From: Hyphomicrobium sp. | GTDB lineage: Bacteria; Pseudomonadota; Alphaproteobacteria; Rhizobiales; Hyphomicrobiaceae | Assembly: GCF_020852195.1 (NCBI RefSeq) | Contig: NZ_JADZBI010000137.1 | Span: 3,433-67,432 of the forward strand | Direction: 5' to 3' | Length of the DNA stretch: 64,000 nucleotides | Shown: in pieces, positions 1 to 10,123 of the stretch | Numbering within the stretch: the stretch's first letter is position 1 | Layout: every line of letters begins with the position of its first letter | Made by a program: the position numbers and the translations under genes | The notes under the pieces: model-generated | Told to the model about the DNA's origin: nothing | The model's database searches: none | The model's input: only the letters and a program-made list of their open reading frames with translations

Positions 1-2
1 TG

Positions 3-938
3 TCCGAGGGGCAGTACCGAAACTTCCGCGTGCTGCAGACGCGCGGCTGGATCATGACGACGCTCACGGAGACGCGCAACCGCGCCGACTTCTTCATCGT
101 CGTCGGCAGCGACATCCAGAAGCTGCATCCGCGCTTCTTCGAGCGCATCGTCACCGTCGAGCAGTCGCTGCTGTCTGAGACGCCGCCGAAGCGGACGGTC
201 GTGTTCATCGGCCGCGGGCTCGACCAGTCGGCCGTCACGGGACCACGCATCGGAGACGTGATCACCCTTCCCTGCGATGTCGACCGCGTGGGCGAGGTCG
301 TGGCGGCGCTCGCGGCCGAGATCCGGGGCGCGCCACTCGCGCAGGAGACCGTGGCCGGCGTGCCGCTTGCCGATATCAAGGCGCTCGCGGAGCGGTGCCG
401 GGCGGCATCCTATCCCGTGTTCGTATGGGCGCCGCCGAGCCTCGCCTTCCCGAACGCGGACCTGGTCGTCAGCACCGTGTCCGACCTCGTCAAGGATCTC
501 AACGTCAGCGGCCGTGCGGCCGGACTCGCGCTCGGCGGCAACGAGGGGGCGATCTCGGCTGGCGCAGTCTCGTCCTGGCAGAGCGGCTATCCGCTGCGCG
601 TCTCCTTCGCCAGCGGCAAGCCCGACTACGATTTCCTGCGCTACGCCATCCCGCGCATGCTGGCCAACGGCGAGGGCGACCTGCTTCTCTGGCTCGCCTC
701 GTTCACGCCGGATCTCGGACCGCCAGCGACGAAGATCCCGACCATCGTGCTCGGCACGCCCGGCCTCAAGCTCGCGAGCCCGCCGGCGGTGTTCATCCCC
801 ATCGGCACGCCGGGCGCGGACCACGCGGGGCGCATCATCCGCGTCGACAACGTGGTGTCGCTGCCGCTCAAGAATCTCGGGCGCTCCAACCTGCCGAAGG
901 CATCCGACGTTCTCGGCGCCATCGAACTCGCCCTTTAA
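3..938 (+). CDS. fhcB: Formyltransferase/hydrolase complex subunit B (FwdB-like), 5'-truncated by the window edge
   Basis: Frame is open from base 3. RNRADFFIVVG, ALGGNEG and SWQSGYPLRVSF are FwdB/FhcB motifs. First gene of fhcBADC. Confidence 0.9.
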   Translation, partial: SEGQYRNFRVLQTRGWIMTTLTETRNRADFFIVVGSDIQKLHPRFFERIVTVEQSLLSETPPKRTVVFIGRGLDQSAVTGPRIGDVITLPCDVDRVGEVVAALAAEIRGAPLAQETVAGVPLADIKALAERCRAASYPVFVWAPPSLAFPNADLVVSTVSDLVKDLNVSGRAAGLALGGNEGAISAGAVSSWQSGYPLRVSFASGKPDYDFLRYAIPRMLANGEGDLLLWLASFTPDLGPPATKIPTIVLGTPGLKLASPPAVFIPIGTPGADHAGRIIRVDNVVSLPLKNLGRSNLPKASDVLGAIELAL

Positions 939-961
939 GCTCCGCCTCGAGGATCCAAGAG

Positions 962-2650
962 ATGCTGATCAAGTTCACCGGCGGAACCGTTTACGACCCC
1001 TTGAACGGGGTCAACGGCGAGGTGCGGGACATCTATGCCAAGGACGGGCGCATCGTGGCGACGCCGGCGCCCGGCACGCGTATCGACGCCGAGTATGCGC
1101 TCAACGGCCGCGTGGTGATGGCGGGCGCCATCGACCCGCACAGCCACATCGGCGGCGGCAAGGTTACGATCGGGCGCATGCTGCTGCCGGAGGACCACCA
1201 GGGCCACGAGGTGGCGCGCACCGAGCTTCTGCGCTCGGGCTGCGGGCACGCCGTGCCCTCCACCATGACCACGGGCTACCGCTACGCGGAGATGGGCTAC
1301 ACGGCGGCGTTCGAGCCCGCCATGCTGCCGGCCAACGCGCGCCAGGCGCACCTCGAGATGGGCGACACGCCCATGATCGACAAGGGCGCGTTCGTGATGC
1401 TCGGCAACGACGACTTTTTCCTGCGTGCGCTCTCGCAAAAGAAAGACTTCTCGTTCATCAAGGACTACATCGCCTGGACCATGCACGCGGCGCAGGCGCT
1501 GGCGGTCAAGATCGTGAACCCGGGCGGCATCAGCGCCTTCAAGTTCAACCAGCGCCAGCTCGATCTCGACGAGAGGCACGAGTTCTACGGACTTACGCCC
1601 CGCGACATCATCCTCACGCTCGCGCGCGGCATGAAGGAGCTCGGCGTTCCGCACCCGATCCATATCCACGGCTGCAACCTCGGCGTTCCGGGCAGCATGT
1701 ATTCGACGCTGGCGACGATCAGGGCCGCGGAAGGGTTGCCGCTCCATCTCACACACATCCAGTTCCATAGCTACGGCACGGAAGGGGACATGAAGTTCTC
1801 GTCCGGCGCGCCGCAGATCGCGGAGCTTCTGAACCAGACCCCCAACGTGTCGATCGACATCGGCCAGATCATGTTCGGGCAGACCTGCACCGCTTCCGGC
1901 GACAGCATGCGCCAGTACGGCAACACGAAGTCCGCCAACCCCAAGAAGTGGGTGGTGATGGACATCGAGTGCGACAACGGCTGCGGCGTGGTGCCGATGA
2001 AGTATCGCGACAAGAGCTACGTCAACGCGCTGCAGTGGGCGATCGGGCTCGAGCTGTTCCTGCTGGTGCGCGACCCGTGGCGGATCTTCCTCACCACGGA
2101 CCATCCGAACGGAGCGCCGTTCTACTTCTATCCGCACCTCATCCGGCTGCTCATGGACCGCACGTTCCGCAACGAGATGCTGGAGAAGCTGCATCCGGCG
2201 GCGCAGGCAGCGACCATCCTCAAGTCGCTCGACCGCGAGTACACGCTCTACGACATCGCCATCATGACGCGCGCGGGCCCGGCGAAGAGCCTGGGGCTTC
2301 GCGACCGCGGGCATCTCGGCACGGGCGCCATCGCCGATATCACGGTCTACGAGGACAACGCCGACCGGGAGGCGATGTTCAAGACGCCGCTGTTCGTGTT
2401 CAAGAGTGGCGAGATGATCGTCAAGAACGGCCGCGTGGTGAAGGTGGTCGCGGGCGCGACGCACGTGGCCCGGCCCGACTACGATCCGGGCATCGAGAAG
2501 TCGCTGCGCGAGTATTTCGACCGCTACCACACGGTGAAGCTCGACAACTTTCGCGTCTCCGACCAGGAGATCGTGGACAGCAACTGCGGCCATACCGGCG
2601 GAGAATGCGGCTGCGTGATCGTGCAGCCGTGCGGACCGAGGACCTCCTGA
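962..2650 (+). CDS. fhcA: Formyltransferase/hydrolase complex subunit A (amidohydrolase fold)
   Basis: ATG at 962 gives MLIKFTGGTVYDP. Contains AGAIDPHSHIGGG, HLTHIQFHSYG, LTTDHPNG and ALQWAIGLE. The ORF-track extension to 395 is spurious. Confidence 0.95.
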   Translation: MLIKFTGGTVYDPLNGVNGEVRDIYAKDGRIVATPAPGTRIDAEYALNGRVVMAGAIDPHSHIGGGKVTIGRMLLPEDHQGHEVARTELLRSGCGHAVPSTMTTGYRYAEMGYTAAFEPAMLPANARQAHLEMGDTPMIDKGAFVMLGNDDFFLRALSQKKDFSFIKDYIAWTMHAAQALAVKIVNPGGISAFKFNQRQLDLDERHEFYGLTPRDIILTLARGMKELGVPHPIHIHGCNLGVPGSMYSTLATIRAAEGLPLHLTHIQFHSYGTEGDMKFSSGAPQIAELLNQTPNVSIDIGQIMFGQTCTASGDSMRQYGNTKSANPKKWVVMDIECDNGCGVVPMKYRDKSYVNALQWAIGLELFLLVRDPWRIFLTTDHPNGAPFYFYPHLIRLLMDRTFRNEMLEKLHPAAQAATILKSLDREYTLYDIAIMTRAGPAKSLGLRDRGHLGTGAIADITVYEDNADREAMFKTPLFVFKSGEMIVKNGRVVKVVAGATHVARPDYDPGIEKSLREYFDRYHTVKLDNFRVSDQEIVDSNCGHTGGECGCVIVQPCGPRTS

Positions 2651-2652
2651 CC

Positions 2653-3561
2653 ATGAGCGCCACGACCATCAACGGCGTCGTCATAGACGACACTTTCGCC
2701 GAGGCGTTCGGCATGAGCGGGCTCGGCCTCGTGATCACCGCCGACACGCTCAAGTGGGCGCGTATCTCGGCCGAGGTCATGACCGGGTTCGGCACGTCAG
2801 TCATCGGCTGCGGCGCCGAGTGCGGCATCGACCGCGAGCTCAAGCCCGACGAGACGCCCGACGGGCGGCCCGGCGTGCGCGTGCTCATCTTCGGCTTCTC
2901 GCCGGATGCGCTGAAGCCGCAGCTCGTCAACCGCGTCGGCCAGTGCGTGCTGACCAGCCCGGGATCGGCATGCTACAATGGCCTCGACAGCCCAACCACG
3001 CTGGCGCTCGCGGCCGGTCCGCGCTTCTTCGGCGACGGCTGGCAGACGGCGAAGAAGCTCGGCAAGCGGCGCTTCTGGCGCGTCCCCGTGATGGACGGCG
3101 AGTTCGTCATCGAGGACACGTGCGGCGTCACCACGGATGCGGTCGGCGGCGGCAACCTGCTCGTGCTCGGGCGTGACCGTGCCGGGCTGCTCGAGGCGAC
3201 GGAGGCCGCGGTCGACGCCATCGCCAAGATTGACGACGTAATCACGCCGTTTCCCGGCGGCATCGTGCGCTCTGGATCGAAGGTCGGCTCCAAGTACAAG
3301 GGCGCCATCGCCTCCACCAACGACGCTTTCTGCCCGACGCTCAAGGGTGCAGTGAAAACCGAGTGCAGCCCGGATACAATCGCCGTGCTCGAGATCGTCA
3401 TCGACGGTCTCACCTCCAAGTCCGTTGCCGACGCCATGCGCGTCGGACTCAAGACGCTGATCGAGACCGGCGCAGCGAAGGGCGTGACGCGGGTCTCCGC
3501 CGGCAACTACGGCGGCAAGCTCGGCCAGCACCACTATTACCTCAAGGATCTGCTGCCATGA
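2653..3561 (+). CDS. fhcD: Formylmethanofuran-tetrahydromethanopterin formyltransferase
   Basis: Contains INGVVIDDTFAEAF, TSVIGCGAECGID, TPDGRPG and VSAGNYGGKLG, typical of Ftr/FhcD. Confidence 0.95.
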   Translation: MSATTINGVVIDDTFAEAFGMSGLGLVITADTLKWARISAEVMTGFGTSVIGCGAECGIDRELKPDETPDGRPGVRVLIFGFSPDALKPQLVNRVGQCVLTSPGSACYNGLDSPTTLALAAGPRFFGDGWQTAKKLGKRRFWRVPVMDGEFVIEDTCGVTTDAVGGGNLLVLGRDRAGLLEATEAAVDAIAKIDDVITPFPGGIVRSGSKVGSKYKGAIASTNDAFCPTLKGAVKTECSPDTIAVLEIVIDGLTSKSVADAMRVGLKTLIETGAAKGVTRVSAGNYGGKLGQHHYYLKDLLP

Positions 3562-4367
3562 GCACGCTGAGCTTCACCCTGCGCGCCGCGCCGACCCAGG
3601 TGCTCGACCTCTCCGCACTGATCCCGAGCAAGCTCGCGGGGCTTTCGACAGGCGGCATCGAAAGACTGCCGCTCGGCGCTGATCCGCACGTGCCGCACGT
3701 GGGCGACGTGTTCGCGGTCAGCGGGGCGCCGGGCGAGGCCGTCGCCATATTGGGCGGCTCGCCGTTGCTCGATTACGTGGGCGCCGGGCTCGATGCCGGC
3801 TCGATCACGGTCGAGGGGCCGGTCGGCGCCTATGCCGGGCGCGGCATGAGAGGCGGCGAGATCACGATCGGTGGCGACGCCGGCGCCTACCTCGCCTCGA
3901 CGGCGAAGGGCGGCCTCATTCACGTCAAGGGCTCGGCCGGCGATTTCCTCGGCGGCGCGCGGCCCGGCGACAAGTTCGGCCAGCTCGGCGGCACGGTGCT
4001 GGTCGACGGCAGCGTCGGCGAGCGGGCGGGCGAACGCATGCGGCGCGGCATCGTGGTGGCAAAGGGCAAGTTCGGCGCGGCGGCGGGCTCGCGCATGGTG
4101 GGCGGACCGCTCTGGACCGAAGCCGGCTTCGGGCCGCGGCCCGGTCCCCTGCTCCGGCGCGGCACGCTGATCGGGCCGTCCGTCGACGAGCTGCTGCCGA
4201 CGTTCGCCGACTGCGGGCGCATCGATCCCGTGATCCTGCGCATCCTCTCGCGCTATATTGCGGACGTGCTGGGGCCGCTCGCGCCCAAGGCGCTGCCGGG
4301 GGCCGTGCGCAAGCTCGCCGGCGACCAGGCCACCATCGGCAAGGGCGAGATTCTGCTGACGGCATAG
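3558..4367 (+). CDS. fhcC: Formyltransferase/hydrolase complex subunit C (FwdC-like)
   Basis: ATGA overlap with the fhcD stop. Gly-rich beta-helix repeats (GAYAGRGMRGG, GERMRRG). Confidence 0.93.
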   Translation: MSTLSFTLRAAPTQVLDLSALIPSKLAGLSTGGIERLPLGADPHVPHVGDVFAVSGAPGEAVAILGGSPLLDYVGAGLDAGSITVEGPVGAYAGRGMRGGEITIGGDAGAYLASTAKGGLIHVKGSAGDFLGGARPGDKFGQLGGTVLVDGSVGERAGERMRRGIVVAKGKFGAAAGSRMVGGPLWTEAGFGPRPGPLLRRGTLIGPSVDELLPTFADCGRIDPVILRILSRYIADVLGPLAPKALPGAVRKLAGDQATIGKGEILLTA

Positions 4368-4455
4368 CGAGGATCTCTGCCTAAACCGGCGAGGGGTCTG
4401 GTGCGTATCTGTTGCGACCGGCTGAACACACACCGGCATCAGGAGGCGCCTTTTC

Positions 4456-4656
4456 ATGCTCAGCATCATCCTTTCGGCCTGTCTCATCGCCGATCCGAAG
4501 CAATGCCGTGACTTCAAGATTCCGCTCGATGTGAGCATGGACGTCATGCATTGCACGATGGCCGCGCCGCCCTATTTCGCGCAGTGGGCCGAGGAGCATC
4601 CGCAATGGCGGATCCGGCGCTGGAAGTGCCAGTCGTCCACCTTCAACGATACGTAA
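4456..4656 (+). CDS. Small conserved alphaproteobacterial hypothetical protein, 66 aa, 4 Cys
   Basis: AGGAGG RBS. Pattern LSACL...C...C...AQWAEEHPQWRIRRWKC resembles a recurrent small Rhizobiales family (recalled, not searched). Confidence 0.7.
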   Translation: MLSIILSACLIADPKQCRDFKIPLDVSMDVMHCTMAAPPYFAQWAEEHPQWRIRRWKCQSSTFNDT

Positions 4657-4784
4657 GACGAGGCGCGGCTCTGCGCGGCGACGCTAGAGCGCGATCAGCT
4701 TTGATTGAATCGGTATCGCAATCTAACCTCTGATGAGACCGATGATTCACGCTTCGGACCGATAGGGTCCGAAGCGATTATGGT

Positions 4785-5582
4785 CTATTGCGTCGCCGCT
4801 TCGGGCGGGATGGCACGCGAGGAGCCGTGCTCCTTCACGACCTGCCGCGCTTCCTTGACGGGCGGAAGCTTGCCGCTGATCTCGATCATGAACTTCTGGC
4901 GGATGGCGCGGCCGAAATCGTTGAAGCCATGTGCGGGAAGGATGAAGCTGCCAGGTCCACCCATCACGTTGTCGCGGTACCACTGCTCGAGTGCCGGTCC
5001 CTCATCGCCCTCGAGAATCGGCAGGCCGTTGATGGTCACGCCGGCGGCCGCGAGTTCGTCGCGCACGACGGCGGTCGCCTCCTCGGGGTTGCAGTTCTCG
5101 CGGCCGTCACCCGAGACGTCGACGACGATACGCAGCGCCCTAGCCGGGATCTGCGGCACCACCTTGTCCGAGATCGAGCGCATCATGCCCGAGACGCACG
5201 TGAACTCTCCCGTTTGCCGCGGCAGAGCGCGCACCTTGGACGCCAGGTACGCCGCGTCGGAAGGGTTTGCAATGCGCTGCCACGGCAGCGCGAGGCGTGG
5301 CTTGTCGGCCCAGGTCACCATGGCCACGAGGATGCTGCCGTTGGGACCGTTCAGGATCGCCTTCAAGACCTCCGGATCCTCCAGCGCCTTGGCGATGCCC
5401 TCCATCTGCAGCCGGTAGCGGTGCTCGTCGACGGAGTTCGAGACGTCCACCGAAACGATGAGCGCCGTGTCGACATCCCCCTGCTGCTCCTGCGCATGGG
5501 TGATGCCGGCCAGCGCCAGGACTGCTGCCATCGCCGCGGCCACAACCCGGCTCCATACGCCGCCCGAATGGCATGACCTCAT
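4785..5582 (-). CDS. DUF1194 (vWA-like) secreted protein; start may be 5531
   Basis: Signal peptide followed by LIVSVDVSNSVD (MIDAS-like DxSxS), VVDVSGDG, VTINGLPI and VMGGPGSF. Confidence 0.85.
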   Translation of the reverse strand: MRSCHSGGVWSRVVAAAMAAVLALAGITHAQEQQGDVDTALIVSVDVSNSVDEHRYRLQMEGIAKALEDPEVLKAILNGPNGSILVAMVTWADKPRLALPWQRIANPSDAAYLASKVRALPRQTGEFTCVSGMMRSISDKVVPQIPARALRIVVDVSGDGRENCNPEEATAVVRDELAAAGVTINGLPILEGDEGPALEQWYRDNVMGGPGSFILPAHGFNDFGRAIRQKFMIEISGKLPPVKEARQVVKEHGSSRAIPPEAATQ

Positions 5583-5767
5583 GTTCTTTGTTCTCTTCTG
5601 CTCAGATCACCGTCGCGCAATCTTAACCCTGCATCGCGTCCTGCCGCCAGTGGACTGTGGCCCAACGGGCACGAAGCCCGCCCCATGCTTTTGCGTCACG
5701 GCTTGCCAACGCGGCCGGCGGCGCTTACCGTCGCCGCGCCCGATGTCGGGGACCGAGGACTTTGCCC

Positions 5768-6151
5768 TTGCCAACGCGTGCCGCCGTCAACCTGATCCTG
5801 CTCGCCGTGCTGGCTCTGCGCAGCCTGCTGCCGGCTGGCTATATGGTGCAGGCGGCGGATGCGTCCAAGGGCTCGTTCGAGATCGTGATCTGTACGAGCA
5901 CGGGCCAGAAGCTCGTGAGCCTCGACGGTGATGGGACCGCGCCGGCCTCCAAGCCACAGCACGTCGAGAGCGGGCTTTGCCCGTTCGCCGCCGCCGGAGC
6001 GGCAGCGCTCGCCGCTGCGGCGCCGGAAAGCCTCGCCACCGCGGCCGAGTATGCCGCCGTCACCTACCCGCGGGCGGTCGCGCTCTTTGCCGAGACACCG
6101 AAACCCGGGGCCCAATCGGCCCGTGGTCCACCAACCTCCGCGTTGATCTGA
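5768..6151 (+). CDS. DUF2946 family protein
   Basis: TTG start after GAGGAC. Contains LLPAGYM, IVICT, CPF and the C-terminal ARGPP motif. Lies directly upstream of a TonB receptor. Confidence 0.75.
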   Translation: MPTRAAVNLILLAVLALRSLLPAGYMVQAADASKGSFEIVICTSTGQKLVSLDGDGTAPASKPQHVESGLCPFAAAGAAALAAAAPESLATAAEYAAVTYPRAVALFAETPKPGAQSARGPPTSALI

Positions 6152-6241
6152 GTCCGCTCGTCATCAGTGGCCGTGCGTCGCGTTCCGTCGATGGAAGCGC
6201 ACGCCTGCCGCCCGCTTCAGATTCAATACGGATCCTCCGCC

Positions 6242-8530
6242 ATGTCATCTTGCTTGCGGCCGCAGGGCTCGACCCGGCCAACGCTTATCCGCCAGTACGG
6301 CGTTCCTTCCGCGCTCTCAGTCGCCATCCTCTCCGTTGCGCTCGGCGCGCCCTCATCGGCGCAGGAGGCCGTCACCGAGCTTCCCGAGGTGACCGTCACG
6401 ACGACGGCGCCAACGGGCAAGCCGAAGGCCAAGGCGGCAAAGTCCGCTCCGGCCGCGATCGCCCAGCAGCCGAGCAGCGCCGAAGCCGAGGCGCCGTCGG
6501 ACGGCAGCGACCACCCGCAATTCGGCGCCCGCTCGGGCAGCCTCGGCGTGCCGACGGTCGCCGAGGCGACGGTCGAAATTGAGCGCACGCCGGGCGGCGT
6601 CGATCTCGTTCCGGCCGAGGAGTACAAGACTTCCACGCCGGCCGTCACCCTGAAGGACGCGCTCGACTATGTGCCGGGCGTGCTCGTGCAGCCCAAGTGG
6701 GGCGAGGATTCCCGGCTCTCCATCCGCGGGTCGGGGCTCTCGCGCAACTTCCACGGCCGCGGCGTCCTGCTCCTGATCGACGGCATCATCCCGCTCTCGA
6801 CGGCCGATGGCGCAAGCGACTTCCAGGAGATCGACCCGACAGCGTTCCGCTACATCGAGGTCTACAAGGGTGGCAACGCGCTTCGCTACGGCGCCAACAC
6901 GCTCGGCGGCGCGCTCAACTTCGTCATGCCGACCGGCTACGATTCCGACCTGTTCGGAGCGCGAGTCGATGTGGGCAGCTTCGGCTTCCACAAGCTCTCG
7001 GCCAGCTCGGGCGGCGTCTTCGGCGCGGCGGACTACTTCATCACCGGCACCTGGCAGGAGCAGGACGGGTTCAGGGATCACTCCGAAGGCGAGAGCACGC
7101 GCGGGGCCATGAACGTCGGCTACCGGCTGACACCCGATGTCGAGACGCGCTTCTACCTCAGCGCCGCGCACATCCGCCAGGACATCCCGGGCGCCGTGAC
7201 GAAGCAGCAGGCGCTTTCGAACCCGGAGGGCGCATTCGTGCTGCCGGGAGAGCCGTCGCTCCCGTTCTTCCCGTTCAGCACGGGCAACGATAACGTCGAC
7301 CGCGACTTCGAGCGCAACATCGATGCGGTACGCGTCGCCAACAGGACGACCGTCCGCCTCGCGCCGGGGACCGTCGCGGAGTTCGGGGCATTCTACCGGG
7401 ACAAGCAGCTCGACCATCCGATCCTGTTCGTGCTCGACAACGACACGCAGGAAAAGGGCGGCTTCGCCCGGATCGTCGACGACAGCAGGATCGGCGGCTT
7501 CCGCAACACGCTGGTCGCCGGCGTCAGCATCCACAACGGCGAGACGCGGTCGCGGTTCTATCGTAACATCCTCGGCGAGCGCGGCGCGCTCATGTCGGAT
7601 TCCGACCAGAAGTCCGACAATACGATCGTCTACGCCGAGAACTCGTTCTTCGTGCAGCCGACGGTGGCGCTGGTTGCCGGGCTGCAGTACGTCGACGCGG
7701 AACGCGCGGTCTCCGACAACTTCCTTTCCGACGGGAACTCCTCGGGCAAGGCGAGCTTCGATTTCTGGAACCCCAAGGCCGGCATCGCGTGGGACGTGAC
7801 GCCGTTCGCGCAGGTCTTCGCCAACGTGTCGCGCAGCGGCGAGGCGCCGACGTTCAGCGAAATCACGGTCACGCCGGCTCTCACCACCAGCCTCGACCCG
7901 CAGCGGGCGACGACCTACGAGATCGGAACGCGCGGATCCACACCTGACTTCAAGTGGGATCTCGCGCTCTATCGCTCCAACATCGACAACGAGTTCCAGT
8001 GCCTCACGGTCGGGTCGTCGCTCTGCAACCAGGTCAACGCGGACAAGACGATCCACCAGGGCGTCGAGCTCGGCGTGGGCGCGGCGCTCTGGTCGGGCAT
8101 CATCGAGACGGCGGGGCGGCTCGATCAGCTCTGGCTGAACGCGGCGTATACGTTCAGCGATTTCCGCTTCGACGATGATGCCGACTACGGGGACAACGAG
8201 CTGCCGGGCGCGCCCCGGCACTATCTGCGCGCCGAGCTCGTCTACAAGCATCCGTCCGGCGTTTTCTTCGGCCCCAACATCGAGTGGGTTCCGGAGGCGT
8301 ACTTCGTGGACAACGAGAACACGTTCAAGACGGACGCGTACGCGATATGGGGAGCCAGGATCGGCTACGAGGGCGAGACGTTCTCGGCCTACCTCGAAGG
8401 GCGCAACCTTTCCGACGAAGCCTACATCGCGTCGGCGAGCGTGTCGGGCGATCTCGGTGGCGCGGACGGCGCCGTGTTCGAGCCCGGCACCGGGCGCGCC
8501 ATCTACGGCGGCTTCCAGGTGAAATGGTGA
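6242..8530 (+). CDS. TonB-dependent receptor, probably for copper uptake; start 6167 or 6242
   Basis: Signal peptide, LPEVTVT TonB-box region, plug motifs (LSIRGSG, LLIDGI, IEVYKG) and a C-terminal aromatic end (YGGFQVKW). Confidence 0.9.
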   Translation: MSSCLRPQGSTRPTLIRQYGVPSALSVAILSVALGAPSSAQEAVTELPEVTVTTTAPTGKPKAKAAKSAPAAIAQQPSSAEAEAPSDGSDHPQFGARSGSLGVPTVAEATVEIERTPGGVDLVPAEEYKTSTPAVTLKDALDYVPGVLVQPKWGEDSRLSIRGSGLSRNFHGRGVLLLIDGIIPLSTADGASDFQEIDPTAFRYIEVYKGGNALRYGANTLGGALNFVMPTGYDSDLFGARVDVGSFGFHKLSASSGGVFGAADYFITGTWQEQDGFRDHSEGESTRGAMNVGYRLTPDVETRFYLSAAHIRQDIPGAVTKQQALSNPEGAFVLPGEPSLPFFPFSTGNDNVDRDFERNIDAVRVANRTTVRLAPGTVAEFGAFYRDKQLDHPILFVLDNDTQEKGGFARIVDDSRIGGFRNTLVAGVSIHNGETRSRFYRNILGERGALMSDSDQKSDNTIVYAENSFFVQPTVALVAGLQYVDAERAVSDNFLSDGNSSGKASFDFWNPKAGIAWDVTPFAQVFANVSRSGEAPTFSEITVTPALTTSLDPQRATTYEIGTRGSTPDFKWDLALYRSNIDNEFQCLTVGSSLCNQVNADKTIHQGVELGVGAALWSGIIETAGRLDQLWLNAAYTFSDFRFDDDADYGDNELPGAPRHYLRAELVYKHPSGVFFGPNIEWVPEAYFVDNENTFKTDAYAIWGARIGYEGETFSAYLEGRNLSDEAYIASASVSGDLGGADGAVFEPGTGRAIYGGFQVKW

Positions 8531-9036
8531 GCACCATGCGCATTCGGCCTCTCGCGCCTGGCTCCCGACGTGTCGCGACGCTGATTGCGTGTGCGTGGAT
8601 GGCGCTTTGCGGCGCCATCCACTCTCCCCTGCCCGCCCTGGCGGTCGACGATGCCCGAGCGATCCGTGCGCTCATCGGCGCCACCTGGGACAGGCCCGAA
8701 AGCAAGGTCGAGACGGACCCAGTCGTCATTTCGGGAGACTATGCCGTTGCAAGCTGGACGCAGGGCCAGCATGGCGGCCGTGCCCTTTTGCGGCGGGACG
8801 CGAAGGGCTGGGTCGTCGTACTGTGCAGCGGCGATCCGCTCCGCGAGGCCGGCTGGCTCGCGGAGGCCGGCGTGCCCGCGGAAAATGCCGACCGGATCGC
8901 GGCGGACCTCAAGGCCGCCGAGGCCGTGCTCCCTGCCGAGCGGCGGGCCATGTTTTCCCTGTTCGAGGGCGTCGTCTCGGGAGATGCCGCCGGACACCAT
9001 GCCCCGTTGGACCACGATCATCATTCGCATCACTAA
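8527..9036 (+). CDS. Copper uptake system-associated periplasmic protein with His-rich tail
   Basis: Overlaps the receptor stop. Contains DPVVISGDYAVASWTQG, GGRALLRR and LCSGD; ends HDHHSHH. Confidence 0.75.
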   Translation: MSTMRIRPLAPGSRRVATLIACAWMALCGAIHSPLPALAVDDARAIRALIGATWDRPESKVETDPVVISGDYAVASWTQGQHGGRALLRRDAKGWVVVLCSGDPLREAGWLAEAGVPAENADRIAADLKAAEAVLPAERRAMFSLFEGVVSGDAAGHHAPLDHDHHSHH

Positions 9037-9059
9037 GCGGACAAACTCGGAAGCGTGTC

Positions 9060-10052
9060 ATGACATTCAATTGGAAGCTCTCGATCTGGGCAGCGCTGGC
9101 GCTCTCCGCGCTGCCCGCATACGCGCATGTCACCCTCGAGCGAGCAGAAACCCAGCGCGGCAAGTCCTACAAGGCCGTGCTCAAGATCCCGCACGGATGC
9201 GACGGGCAGGCGACGCACACGGTGCGCGTCGAGATTCCGGAGGGCTTCATCGGCGTCAAGCCGATGCCGAAGCCGGGTTGGACGATCAAGACCGTGCGCG
9301 GGGCCTACGCGAAGAGCTACGGCTTCTATCACGGCCCCCTCAGCGAGGGCGTGAAGCAGATCGAGTGGTCGGGCGGCGAGCTGCCTGACGACTACTACGA
9401 CGAGTTCGTGGCCTCGGGCTTCATCGCCCGGGAGCTGACCGAGAGCGCGCTCTACTTCAAGGTCGTGCAGGTGTGCGCAAACGGCGAGGAACGCTGGGTC
9501 GACGTGCCGGCGGAGGGGCAGGATCCGCATGACCTCGCGGCGCCGGCGGCCGTACTGCGGCTCGCGGCCGGCGGCGAGCCTGCGCACGAGCACCGACACG
9601 GCCACAAGCACGGCGATGCGAAGGCGGCGGCAGGCGACGGCGCGACGACCATCGGAACGCTCGCCATCGCGGGCGCCTGGACGCGCGCCACGGCCGAGGG
9701 CGCCAAGGTCGCCGCCGGCTATCTCACGATCCACAACACGGGGAGCACAGCCGACACGCTGGTCTCCGTCCAGACACCCGTAGCGGGGCGCGGCGAGATC
9801 CACGACATGACCACGGACGACGCGGGCGTGATGCGCATGCGCCGTCTGGCGGATGGCCTCGAAATCCCGGCTGGCGGCAGCGTGGAGCTGAAGCCGGGGG
9901 GCAAGCACCTCATGTTCCTGGATCTCAAGCAGCCGCTCGTCGAGGGCTCGCAGGTGTCCGTGAAGCTCGCGTTCAAGAGCGGGGCCGTGGGAGAGGTGGT
10001 TCTGCCTGTGCGCGCGCTTGGTGCGAGCGGCGGCGGCCACAGCCACCATTGA
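9060..10052 (+). CDS. YcnI (DUF1775)-PCuAC copper chaperone fusion
   Basis: AHVTLE, KIPHGC, KPMPKPGW and IEWSGG (YcnI), then a His-rich linker, then GEIHDM...MRM...LKPGGKHLM (PCuAC H/M copper motif). Confidence 0.88.
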   Translation: MTFNWKLSIWAALALSALPAYAHVTLERAETQRGKSYKAVLKIPHGCDGQATHTVRVEIPEGFIGVKPMPKPGWTIKTVRGAYAKSYGFYHGPLSEGVKQIEWSGGELPDDYYDEFVASGFIARELTESALYFKVVQVCANGEERWVDVPAEGQDPHDLAAPAAVLRLAAGGEPAHEHRHGHKHGDAKAAAGDGATTIGTLAIAGAWTRATAEGAKVAAGYLTIHNTGSTADTLVSVQTPVAGRGEIHDMTTDDAGVMRMRRLADGLEIPAGGSVELKPGGKHLMFLDLKQPLVEGSQVSVKLAFKSGAVGEVVLPVRALGASGGGHSHH

Positions 10053-10123
10053 GGCGGCTGCGGCGGGCGCGTTGGTGAGTGTCGCTGATTCTGCGGGCCG
10101 AAGACTCGGAGTCGACGCGATGG

